The position numbers were made by a program, and so were the translations under genes. The notes beneath the pieces were generated by a model that ran no database searches, had not been told where the DNA came from, and was given only the letters and a program-made list of their open reading frames with translations. This document shows positions 29,460 to 38,450 of a DNA stretch of 64,000 bases, in pieces. Each line of letters begins with the position of its first letter. Position 1 is the stretch's first letter. This DNA is from Candidatus Methanomethylicia archaeon. Its GTDB lineage: Archaea > Thermoproteota > Methanomethylicia > Culexarchaeales > Culexarchaeaceae. The stretch is taken from assembly GCA_038727515.1 (NCBI GenBank), contig JAVYVS010000002.1, forward strand, positions 243,699 to 307,698, written 5' to 3'.

Positions 29460-30164
29460 TTGATTTACTGTATGTTGAATGTTGATGTAGTTTTGGATTT
29501 CGAGGATATACCTAAATTTACATGTGGAGGTTATGCTGTTGCAGTTATAGATGTTTTAAGAGCTTCAAGTACTATAGCTACTGCTTTATTTAATGGTGCA
29601 TTGAAAGTTTATGTTTTTAGGGAGATTGAAGATGCAGTAAATTTCTCTAAACATAAATCTAACTGTATTTTGGCTGGTGAACGTGGAGGCTTAAGAATAA
29701 AAGGTTTTCAATTGGGTAATTCTCCCTTGGAATTTTCTAAGGAAATGGTTTATGGAAAGTATATATCTTTTACGAGTAGTAATTGTGCGAAGGTTGTTGA
29801 AGCTGCTAGGAATGTTAAGCATATGATCCTGGCATGTTTCATAAATCTTTCTTCTGCTGCAAATTACCTTAAACATTTACATTCAGAATATGGTTTAAAT
29901 ATTGCTTTGATTTGTGCAGGTCGCTATGGATATCCGAGTTCTGAAGATATTTTTTGTGCTGAAATTTTGAGGGATATTATCATTGGATTATTGGATAAGC
30001 CACCAGCAAAATGTTTTTCAAACTTCTTAAAACATACTTCCGCTGGTAGAAACCTAATTAAACTTGGATTTATCAATGATGTGGAGTATTGTGGCATTGT
30101 GGATTTAATTGATATAATTCCTGTTTGGGATGGTGATGGATTTATTGGTGTTAGATTAAGTTAA
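29460..30164 (+). CDS. comB: 2-phosphosulfolactate phosphatase family
   Basis: IDVLRASSTI, LAGERGG, LGNSP, SED..CA. Confidence 0.88.
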   Translation: MIYCMLNVDVVLDFEDIPKFTCGGYAVAVIDVLRASSTIATALFNGALKVYVFREIEDAVNFSKHKSNCILAGERGGLRIKGFQLGNSPLEFSKEMVYGKYISFTSSNCAKVVEAARNVKHMILACFINLSSAANYLKHLHSEYGLNIALICAGRYGYPSSEDIFCAEILRDIIIGLLDKPPAKCFSNFLKHTSAGRNLIKLGFINDVEYCGIVDLIDIIPVWDGDGFIGVRLS

Positions 30165-30270
30165 ACTTTACCTTTTACTAAATAGTTCTATGGTTTTCAT
30201 TTCAATACAATTATAATTTAAACCGTAAATCTCATATTTATGTTGATCTTATATTGTTGGGGGACTGAAT

Positions 30271-30693
30271 TTGAATTTCAACATTATTTTGTTGAGGTTT
30301 ATATACCTCTTCATCATAAGTTTAATAGTTAAACAGATTTCTTTTCAATTCTTTCTTGGTAAGTTTGCCAGAAACCTTAAATTTATTCTGATAGTATCCC
30401 TTGTTTCTTTTATTTCATCAGTAGTATTCTACTCCATAATTTACCTATCACATAGCTATTTGAGTAGCTTTTTGATTACTATATACTTTTCCAGTGTATT
30501 CCTGTATTTATGCTTATTTATCGCTATGTTTATAGGTTTAAATCTAATTGTTGAATTCCCATTATACACCTATGTTTTTGTTAGAGGTAAATTTAGTGGA
30601 GGAGAAATTTTTAGTTTATTATTAATGGTGAATATGTTTTCATATTTATTTGCATATCTCTTTGGTTTTGTAGATCCATTATCTTGGATGTAG
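30271..30693 (+). CDS. Hypothetical membrane protein
   Basis: 140 aa, about 4 hydrophobic segments, TTG start after GGGGG RBS. Confidence 0.55.
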   Translation: MNFNIILLRFIYLFIISLIVKQISFQFFLGKFARNLKFILIVSLVSFISSVVFYSIIYLSHSYLSSFLITIYFSSVFLYLCLFIAMFIGLNLIVEFPLYTYVFVRGKFSGGEIFSLLLMVNMFSYLFAYLFGFVDPLSWM

Positions 30694-30732
30694 CTATGAA
30701 TCAACCTTAAATATTTTATTTATCATTTTCTT

Positions 30733-31263
30733 TTGGTGTTATATTTGTGGTCTGATGTGACTACGTTAAGTGAGAAATTTGATGGTAGCCTTAAAGAGAA
30801 AGTTACTCGTTTTCCATCAATATTAAATCCTTCTTCCTGTTTTCAATGTGGTAAATGTACTAGTGGATGTACAATTATGGTTTTAATGGAAAACTTTCCA
30901 CATAGAGTTGTTGATATGGTTAAATTAGGGTTAATCTCTGAACTTCTTAGATCTGATGTTATATGGGCTTGTACTCAGTGTCAGAAATGTAGAGATGCAT
31001 GTCCACAAAATGTTAATCCTTCTGAAATCTTTATTGTTTTAAGAAATATGAGTATAATTGAAGGTGGAAGTGTTCCAGAAGCTTATATGAATATGCTTTC
31101 AAAAGTTTTAGAGTCTGGTTATATTCAGGATGCGATAAGTGTAATCGGATCTGATGGTTTAATATATGATCGTTCAAAACTTGGTTTAGTAAATCTTAAG
31201 GGTCCTAGAGATATGAGTATCTTCCAAAATAATTGTATGGAAGCTTTTCAAAGGAGTGTTTAA
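30733..31263 (+). CDS. hdrC: Heterodisulfide reductase subunit C-like
   Basis: CFQCGKCTSGC and WACTQCQKCRDACP; exact start uncertain. Confidence 0.88.
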   Translation: MVLYLWSDVTTLSEKFDGSLKEKVTRFPSILNPSSCFQCGKCTSGCTIMVLMENFPHRVVDMVKLGLISELLRSDVIWACTQCQKCRDACPQNVNPSEIFIVLRNMSIIEGGSVPEAYMNMLSKVLESGYIQDAISVIGSDGLIYDRSKLGLVNLKGPRDMSIFQNNCMEAFQRSV

Positions 31264-31264
31264 A

Positions 31265-32122
31265 ATGGAATATATAATTTATCCCGGATGTTTAAGTGTT
31301 ACTGAGCAATATTCATATGAAGTTTCATGTATAAACGTTTTGAATCATTTAGGTGTAGATTTTACTTATGCTGAAAATGTTAATTGTTGCGGTTTTCCTC
31401 TTAGAAGTTTAAATTCCTTTGGATGGATATACTTATCTGCACGTTTAATTTCTGTTTTAGAAGATTACAATAAACCTTGCATACTGCTTTGTAATTGGTG
31501 TCACGCATCATTAACATATGCATTGAAAATTCTTAGTGAAAATGAAGAATTAACCTCTTGGGTTAACGATCTTTTATCAAAGGAGGATTTGAGATTTAAT
31601 GGTAAACTTGTATTCAAACATTTATTGGGATTCTTATATTACGATATTGGAATTGAGAAGTTGAAATCGAATATTAAGAGGTTTATGGGAGGTTTAAAAT
31701 TCTCTATACATCCTGGATGTCTATTCTTTAGACCTAGAGATATTGATAGACCTGATAACCCATATGAACCTAGAATTCTTAAAGATCTCGTTGAATTATT
31801 GGGTGCTGAAGCTAATGTACATTTAGACTGTTGTGGATGGGCTATTTACAAAACTAATAGTGATACTGGTTTAACTTTAGCTGGAAATAGAATTAAGACT
31901 GCTTATGGTACTGATGGAATAATTATATCGTGTCCTCATGGCGGTGAAATGTTGGATAAATATTATAATGATGCATGTAAAACCATTGGATTTAATGGTG
32001 AAGTTCCAGTATTATACTACACTCAGCTATTGGGTTTAGCCCTTGGAATTGACCCTAAGAATCTAGCTTTAAACCTAAATAAATCCCCAGTAAAATCACT
32101 ATTAGATAAGATTGGTGTTTGA
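31265..32122 (+). CDS. hdrB: Heterodisulfide reductase subunit B-like (CCG domains)
   Basis: YPGC, NCCG, LCNWC, HPGC, DCCG, SCPHG, PVLYYTQLLGLALG; ATG 31265 after GGAGTG. Confidence 0.88.
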   Translation: MEYIIYPGCLSVTEQYSYEVSCINVLNHLGVDFTYAENVNCCGFPLRSLNSFGWIYLSARLISVLEDYNKPCILLCNWCHASLTYALKILSENEELTSWVNDLLSKEDLRFNGKLVFKHLLGFLYYDIGIEKLKSNIKRFMGGLKFSIHPGCLFFRPRDIDRPDNPYEPRILKDLVELLGAEANVHLDCCGWAIYKTNSDTGLTLAGNRIKTAYGTDGIIISCPHGGEMLDKYYNDACKTIGFNGEVPVLYYTQLLGLALGIDPKNLALNLNKSPVKSLLDKIGV

Positions 32123-33352
32123 TTTAGGTAATGGAACTATTGTGGAAGCATTATATACGACTTTAACTTCAGCATCTTTACCCTTAACTCTTATTGCTTC
32201 ATTTATTGCTTCCTCTAAATCGTAGAATGCCCTTATTCCAATATCTTCTAAAACTTCCTTCCTAAGTGAAGTTACAGCCCATACATCTGTCCTCATAAAT
32301 GTTTCTAACATTTTCGCAGCTTTATGATATCCAAGTTTATAATTCCTCCTTATATGTTCTAATGTACTCTCTACATCTTTATTTTCCCTACTCTTTAGTA
32401 ATAAATCGTAGAAGTTTCTTGGACCTATACCATCCCTACATTCAGCCACTAATATTATTATTCCACCATCCTTCACCACTAATTTCGAATGTTCTATTGC
32501 TTTTTGTGCTTGATATAATGATATATCAAATGGATTATTTGCTACTGCAACTACTATATCCCCCTTTCCATGGGATTCAACTATAAATATCTCATTGGCT
32601 TTTTCTACACTTTCCATGAAACTTGTTTTTATATTACCAGTCTTTATTGATGCTAATTCTCCATTAGCATCTAGAACCATCATTATTGAATATATATCTT
32701 CAATCCTACCTAGTACTTCTAATGCATCCATCATATCTTCATGAACTGGATTTCCATTCAATTTCAATAATGTTGCATTTGAATCTAATGCGAATCTATG
32801 ATTGTATTCTATTGTTCCGTAACTTGATAATCCTGGAAGTAGAAATTTCCTTCCTCCAGTATACCCTGCGAAATAATGTGGTTCAACTGATCCTATAACT
32901 ATGATTTTATCAGCTTCCAATAATCTTTTATCAATGTATACTCTATTTCCACGTTTTGTTTCTCCAATATATTCATGTTCTTCAACTTTCTTTGCATCAT
33001 GTATTACAGTTCTATACCTATAATAATCATATTTATTTCCCAATATCCACTTTAATTCTTCTTCAGTTGGAGATCTATGAGCTCCTGTAGCTACAATTAT
33101 CTTAACCTCTTTATCTTTAATCTTTTCATGTATTTTATTAAGTATTTTTGATGTGGGTGTTGGTCTTTCTTGATCATTCACCACCAATAAGATTTTTCCC
33201 TTATCGTATATGAAATCTTCAATTTCCCTATCTATTGATACATTTACATCCCCTGTAATAGCTTTCTTCAAATTTAATGTTTCAATTGAGATTTCACTTG
33301 GTACTTTACATTTTATAATCCTTTTATTTCCATATGGAATTTCTATGATCAC
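32102..33352 (-). CDS. larA: Nickel-pincer-dependent lactate racemase family protein
   Basis: NDQERPTP, ATGAHR, PHYFAGYTGGRK, NH, YQAQKA. Confidence 0.9.
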   Translation of the reverse strand: MIIEIPYGNKRIIKCKVPSEISIETLNLKKAITGDVNVSIDREIEDFIYDKGKILLVVNDQERPTPTSKILNKIHEKIKDKEVKIIVATGAHRSPTEEELKWILGNKYDYYRYRTVIHDAKKVEEHEYIGETKRGNRVYIDKRLLEADKIIVIGSVEPHYFAGYTGGRKFLLPGLSSYGTIEYNHRFALDSNATLLKLNGNPVHEDMMDALEVLGRIEDIYSIMMVLDANGELASIKTGNIKTSFMESVEKANEIFIVESHGKGDIVVAVANNPFDISLYQAQKAIEHSKLVVKDGGIIILVAECRDGIGPRNFYDLLLKSRENKDVESTLEHIRRNYKLGYHKAAKMLETFMRTDVWAVTSLRKEVLEDIGIRAFYDLEEAINEAIRVKGKDAEVKVVYNASTIVPLPKSNTNLI

Positions 33353-35319
33353 TAATGCTTCACCAATATTGCTTGAATAGCTGTATTTATAATTTCATCT
33401 GTAAAGTGTCTTTGTATTATTGCTCTTGATGGGCATGCTGAAGCGCATATTCCACATCCCATACATGCACCTTCATCTATTTCAGCGGTTTTCTTTTCAT
33501 TATTTATTTTTATCACATTGTATGGGCATGATGCTACACATATTCCACATCCACTACATCTTTCTTCTATTACTTCAGCTATGTATGGTTCTGATTCAAT
33601 TTCATTTTTCATTAAAAGTTTTATTGCTTGTGCTGCTGCAGCTGATGCTTGTGCAATACTTGATGGTATATCCTTTAAACCTTGTGCGCATCCACAAATG
33701 TATATTCCTCTCGTAGTTGAATCTACTGGTCTAAGTTTTGGATGAGCTTCCAATAAGAATCCATCGATTCCTCTTGGAATTTTAAGTTTTGACGCTAAAT
33801 CCATGGTTGATGGATTTGGAATTAAACCTACTTCAAGTATTACAATATCTACTTTAAATTTGTATAGTTCATTTAGATTTATATCGAAAACTTCAAATAC
33901 AAGTTTTCCATTTTCCAATCTTATTTCCATAGGTTTACCTCTAATGAAATATATGTTCTTCATATCTCTAATTCTCTTATAGAATTCTTCATACCCCTTC
34001 CCATTGGTTCTAATGTCTGTGTAGAATATGTATACCTTTGTATTTGGGTTTGATGAAGCTATATAATATGCATGTTTCAATCCCGCCATGCATCCTATAC
34101 TACAACAATATGGTAAATATCTTTCATCTCTTGAACCTGCACATAGTATTATTGCTGCTTCCTCCGGTTCTTTTTCATCACTTAACCTAATTATCCTACC
34201 CTTTGTAGGTCCCTCAGATGAATATATTCTTTCAAATTCCAACCCCGTTATCACATCCCTATACTTGCCATAACCATATTCTTGTAAATCCTTTGCATTC
34301 ATAATTTCATATCCAGTTGCAATTATTATTGCTCCAACTTCTATTTCTATTTCTTCATCTTGATCATTGAAGTTTATTGCTTTTGATGGACATATTCTTT
34401 CACATACACCACATATTCCTCTAGTTATTTTTAAGCAATGTTTTGAATCTATAACATAAGCATTTGGAATAGCTTGTGGAAATGGTTTGTATATGGCTTT
34501 TCTCAATTTTAATCCAAGGTTGAATTCATCCGGTATGTCTTTTATTGGACATTTCTCACTACACATACCACAAGCTACACACTTATCCACATCAACATAT
34601 CTCGCCTTTTTCTTGATTTTTACCTGAAATGAACCTACACGTCCCTTAACATCCACTACCTCTGAATTTGTTAGAATCTTTATATTCCTATTCTTTGCAA
34701 CTTCATTCATTAATGGTGTTAATATACATAGTGAACAATCAAGCGTTGGGAAGGTTTTATCCAATTGAGCCATCTTCCCGCCAATTGATGGGGATTTTTC
34801 AACCATGTACACTTCTATTCCAGCTTCAGCTATATCTAATGCAGCTCTAATTCCAGCAATACCCCCTCCAATTACTAGAGCTCTCCTTGTGATTGGTAGT
34901 TTAACCCTCTTTAATGGTTCATATAAACAAACTTTTTTAACTGCTGCTCTAATTATATCAATGGCTTTCTCTGTAGCTTCCTCTGGATTGTCATAATGTA
35001 CCCATGCACATTGCTCCCTTATATTGGCCATCTCAAATAAGTATCTATTTAATCCCCCCTCTTCTACAGCCCTCATAAATGTTTCTTCATGCATAGTTGG
35101 TGAACAGGCTGCAACAACAACTCTATCAACTTTATCATTCTTTATATCGTCAATTATCATTTGCTGTCCATTCTTTGAACACATAAATGTATAATCTACA
35201 GCTACAGATACTTCATTTAACTTTCTAATTTCTTCAACAACCCTCTTTACATCTATTACTCCAGCTATATTCTTGCCGCAATGGCAAATATAAACTCCAA
35301 CTTTAACCATTTCCCTCAA
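33352..35319 (-). CDS. hdrA: Heterodisulfide reductase subunit A
   Basis: CHCG, NIREQC, GGGIAG, KTFPTLDCSLC, inserted and C-terminal ferredoxin domains, EAHPKLRP. Confidence 0.93.
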   Translation of the reverse strand: MREMVKVGVYICHCGKNIAGVIDVKRVVEEIRKLNEVSVAVDYTFMCSKNGQQMIIDDIKNDKVDRVVVAACSPTMHEETFMRAVEEGGLNRYLFEMANIREQCAWVHYDNPEEATEKAIDIIRAAVKKVCLYEPLKRVKLPITRRALVIGGGIAGIRAALDIAEAGIEVYMVEKSPSIGGKMAQLDKTFPTLDCSLCILTPLMNEVAKNRNIKILTNSEVVDVKGRVGSFQVKIKKKARYVDVDKCVACGMCSEKCPIKDIPDEFNLGLKLRKAIYKPFPQAIPNAYVIDSKHCLKITRGICGVCERICPSKAINFNDQDEEIEIEVGAIIIATGYEIMNAKDLQEYGYGKYRDVITGLEFERIYSSEGPTKGRIIRLSDEKEPEEAAIILCAGSRDERYLPYCCSIGCMAGLKHAYYIASSNPNTKVYIFYTDIRTNGKGYEEFYKRIRDMKNIYFIRGKPMEIRLENGKLVFEVFDINLNELYKFKVDIVILEVGLIPNPSTMDLASKLKIPRGIDGFLLEAHPKLRPVDSTTRGIYICGCAQGLKDIPSSIAQASAAAAQAIKLLMKNEIESEPYIAEVIEERCSGCGICVASCPYNVIKINNEKKTAEIDEGACMGCGICASACPSRAIIQRHFTDEIINTAIQAILVKH

Positions 35320-35351
35320 CCATGAATAACATTTCTACTATATAAAAGGAT

Positions 35352-36284
35352 TCATTTACCCATGCTCTTTAATCTTTCAATGAATTTAGGTATGAATTCA
35401 TATAGGTCTGCTACAACACCATAATCTGCAGATTTAATTATTGGAGCTTCTGAATCTTTATTTATAGCTACGACTACCTTTGCATTTTGAATTCCAGCTA
35501 GATGTTGTATTGCTCCAGATATTCCTACTGCAATATATAATTTTGGACTTACTTTATGTCCAGATAATCCAATCCATTCATTAAACCATTTTAAATCTGC
35601 TGCTACAGGTCTACTACAAGATATAACTCCCCCTAGGATTTTCGCTAGTTCTTCCATTATTTTGCAATCTTCCTTCTTCTTGACACCTCTCCCTACTGCA
35701 ACTATAACTTCTGCACTTTCTAATGGTACAGCGCTCAACTCCTTCTTCTTTACATCAATAACTAAAGTTTTTGTTTCTATAGGTTTCACTTTTTCATATA
35801 TGATTTCACATGTAAAATTCCATTCAGATTTTGGTTCTGAAATTCTTCTAGGAACAGTCATTATGGCTTTTTCAGATAGAACTTTTATAGTTTCAACAGC
35901 TTTTGAAGCATAAACCATTCTTTTACCAATAAGTTTCCCATCTACATCAATTTTGAAGTCTATACAATCCGCTATGTAACTAGCTCCAATGTTTACAGCA
36001 ATCTTTATTGCAATTTCCTTATTGACTTTATTTGATTCAAGAATTATCAATTTTGCTTCTTCCCTTTCCGATATTCCCATTATTGCATCAATTAATTCTT
36101 CAATATTTCTTAAGCCTTCTATTACGTATAATTTGTTTATACCATATCTCCCCATTTCTTCTCTCATATTTGGTTTCATTGTTGTTATTGATGAAATTGA
36201 TGATTCCATGGGGATGGATTCCCTTACTTTTGCAGCAATTTCCATTAATGCTTCGAGATTTTCAGAGAACGTTACGATTTTCAT
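35352..36284 (-). CDS. etfA: Electron transfer flavoprotein alpha subunit
   Basis: VGRGV, SRPVA, IGLSG, GISGAIQHLAG, AINKD. Confidence 0.93.
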   Translation of the reverse strand: MKIVTFSENLEALMEIAAKVRESIPMESSISSITTMKPNMREEMGRYGINKLYVIEGLRNIEELIDAIMGISEREEAKLIILESNKVNKEIAIKIAVNIGASYIADCIDFKIDVDGKLIGKRMVYASKAVETIKVLSEKAIMTVPRRISEPKSEWNFTCEIIYEKVKPIETKTLVIDVKKKELSAVPLESAEVIVAVGRGVKKKEDCKIMEELAKILGGVISCSRPVAADLKWFNEWIGLSGHKVSPKLYIAVGISGAIQHLAGIQNAKVVVAINKDSEAPIIKSADYGVVADLYEFIPKFIERLKSMGK

Positions 36285-36291
36285 GTATGTT

Positions 36292-37071
36292 TCACCTCTT
36301 TATAACTCCCTCTTTAATTAAGTTATTTAATAGTTCATCTACGGCTTTATCTACTGGTAGATCCTTTATTACTATCCCCTTTCTTTTGATTTCAACTCCT
36401 TTAACTTCTAAAACTTTTGTTTTTGGTTTTAAATCTATCTTCAATTGACTTAAATTTATGGTTTCTATAGGTTTCTTTGCTGCTCTGAGGATAGCCATCA
36501 ACTGTGGTAATCTAGGTATATTTATTTCTCTTGTTACAGTTATTAGTACTGGCATTTTAGCTTTCACTATTTCAATTCTATCTTCTAAATCTCTTTCCAC
36601 AGTAACTTCATTTCCCTCTACATTTATGCTTCTAGCATATGTTATACATGGTATCTTCATGTTTTCAGCTATTCTAACGCCCACTTGTGCAGTATATTTA
36701 TCTATGGACATTTCACCACATAGTATTATTTGAAATGGGCCTCTTGTTTTTAGAATATTTGCTATAGCTTCTGAAACTACATATTCATCTATTTCTCCAA
36801 GATCATTCAATATATGTATTGCATTATCTACGCCCATGGCAATAGCTTCTCTCAAAACCTCTTTTGCTTTTTCCCCTCCAAGGGTTATTGCAGTTACCTT
36901 TCCACCATGCTTCTCTTTAATTTTCAAGGCTTCTTCTATAGCATTTCTATCTATATCACTAATTTTCATTGGTGTTACACTTATCAATGGTTCAAAACTT
37001 TTTGGATCTATTTTTAATTGTGCAACATCTATTGATTGTTTTATGCAAACAGCTATCTCCACATCATTCAC
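36292..37071 (-). CDS. etfB: Electron transfer flavoprotein beta subunit
   Basis: VCIKQ, AIEEAL, AMGVD, SIDKYTAQVG, INIPRLP. Confidence 0.93.
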   Translation of the reverse strand: MNDVEIAVCIKQSIDVAQLKIDPKSFEPLISVTPMKISDIDRNAIEEALKIKEKHGGKVTAITLGGEKAKEVLREAIAMGVDNAIHILNDLGEIDEYVVSEAIANILKTRGPFQIILCGEMSIDKYTAQVGVRIAENMKIPCITYARSINVEGNEVTVERDLEDRIEIVKAKMPVLITVTREINIPRLPQLMAILRAAKKPIETINLSQLKIDLKPKTKVLEVKGVEIKRKGIVIKDLPVDKAVDELLNNLIKEGVIKR

Positions 37072-37164
37072 CTTCTGAACTCAATTTTAATTTTCATTAT
37101 TTAACCTTAGCGTTTACAGAGAATCTTTTTATTCTAAACTTATAATCCTTTATTGGTGTTTAAT

Positions 37165-38433
37165 TTGGGTAGAACTTCTAGGGTTTCCGGCTTCTACAAT
37201 CTTCCAGTTGAAGAGAGGCTTAAATTCGTTAAGGATTTTGCTGGTTTAACTGATGAAGAAGTTAATTTAATCTCTAAGTGTGGTAGATTATCAATTGATT
37301 TAGCTGATAAAATGATTGAGAATGTTATTGGAACATTTGAACTCCCCTTTGGCATTGCAGTCAATTTTTTGATTAATGGTAGAGATTACATTATACCTAT
37401 GGTTATAGAGGAGCCTTCCGTTGTTGCTGCTGCAAGTAATGCTGCTAGAATTATGCGTGAAGGTGGTGGGATATTTACAAATAGTACTTCACCCATAATG
37501 ATTGGACAAATTCAATTAGTTAATGTATTGTCTTCACGTAAAGCTGCATTTCAAATATTGTCACATAAAGATGAAATCCTTAAAATTGCAAATGAGAAGG
37601 ATCCAATTTTATTTGGTCTGGGTGGTGGCGCTAAGGATTTGGAGGTTCGAATAGTTGAATCTCAGATAGGCCCAATGGTAATTATACATTTACTTGTGGA
37701 TGTTAGGGATGCTATGGGTGCTAATGCTGTTAATACCATGGCTGAGGCTGTTGCACCATACATTGAGAAGATTACTGGAGGTAAAGTTTATTTAAGGATA
37801 ATATCTAATCTCGCTGATAGACGTCTCGTTAGAGCTTATTGTAGAATTCCAAAGAATGTTATTGGTGAAGATCTTGTTGAAGGTATAGTATATGCATATC
37901 ATTTTGCTGCTTCAGATCCATATCGTGCCGCTACACATAATAAGGGTATAATGAATGGTATTATAGCTGTAGCTTTGGCTACTGGTAATGATACTAGAGC
38001 CTTAGAGGCTGGTGCTCATGCATATGCTTCTAGGAGTGGTGCCTATAAGCCTTTAAGTGTTTGGGAGAGGGATGAAAATGGAGATTTAATTGGTTGGCTT
38101 GAAATGCCCATGGCTGTGGGTATTGTGGGTGGTGCTACTAGAAGTAATCCACTTGCAAAAATTTCACTTAAAATTTTAGGTGTAAAATCTGCTAGTGAAT
38201 TAGCTGAAGTTATGGGTGCTGTTGGTCTTGCACAAAATTTTGCTGCTTTAAGAGCTTTAGCTTCTGAGGGTATTCAACGTGGCCATATGAAACTTCATGC
38301 TAGGAATATTGCAATTATGGCTGGCGCTATTGGTGATGAAATTGATAAAGTGGCTTCTGAAATGGTTAGATTACAAGTTATTCGTGTAGATAAAGCTAAA
38401 GAAATATTGATGAAAATAAGGGGTGAACGATAA
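37165..38433 (+). CDS. mvaA: HMG-CoA reductase, class II
   Basis: MIENVIG, EEPSVVAAAS, DAMGAN, THNKG, GIQRGHMKLH; TTG 37165 after GGTG. Confidence 0.92.
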   Translation: MGRTSRVSGFYNLPVEERLKFVKDFAGLTDEEVNLISKCGRLSIDLADKMIENVIGTFELPFGIAVNFLINGRDYIIPMVIEEPSVVAAASNAARIMREGGGIFTNSTSPIMIGQIQLVNVLSSRKAAFQILSHKDEILKIANEKDPILFGLGGGAKDLEVRIVESQIGPMVIIHLLVDVRDAMGANAVNTMAEAVAPYIEKITGGKVYLRIISNLADRRLVRAYCRIPKNVIGEDLVEGIVYAYHFAASDPYRAATHNKGIMNGIIAVALATGNDTRALEAGAHAYASRSGAYKPLSVWERDENGDLIGWLEMPMAVGIVGGATRSNPLAKISLKILGVKSASELAEVMGAVGLAQNFAALRALASEGIQRGHMKLHARNIAIMAGAIGDEIDKVASEMVRLQVIRVDKAKEILMKIRGER

Positions 38434-38450
38434 CAATTAAATTCTTTTGT

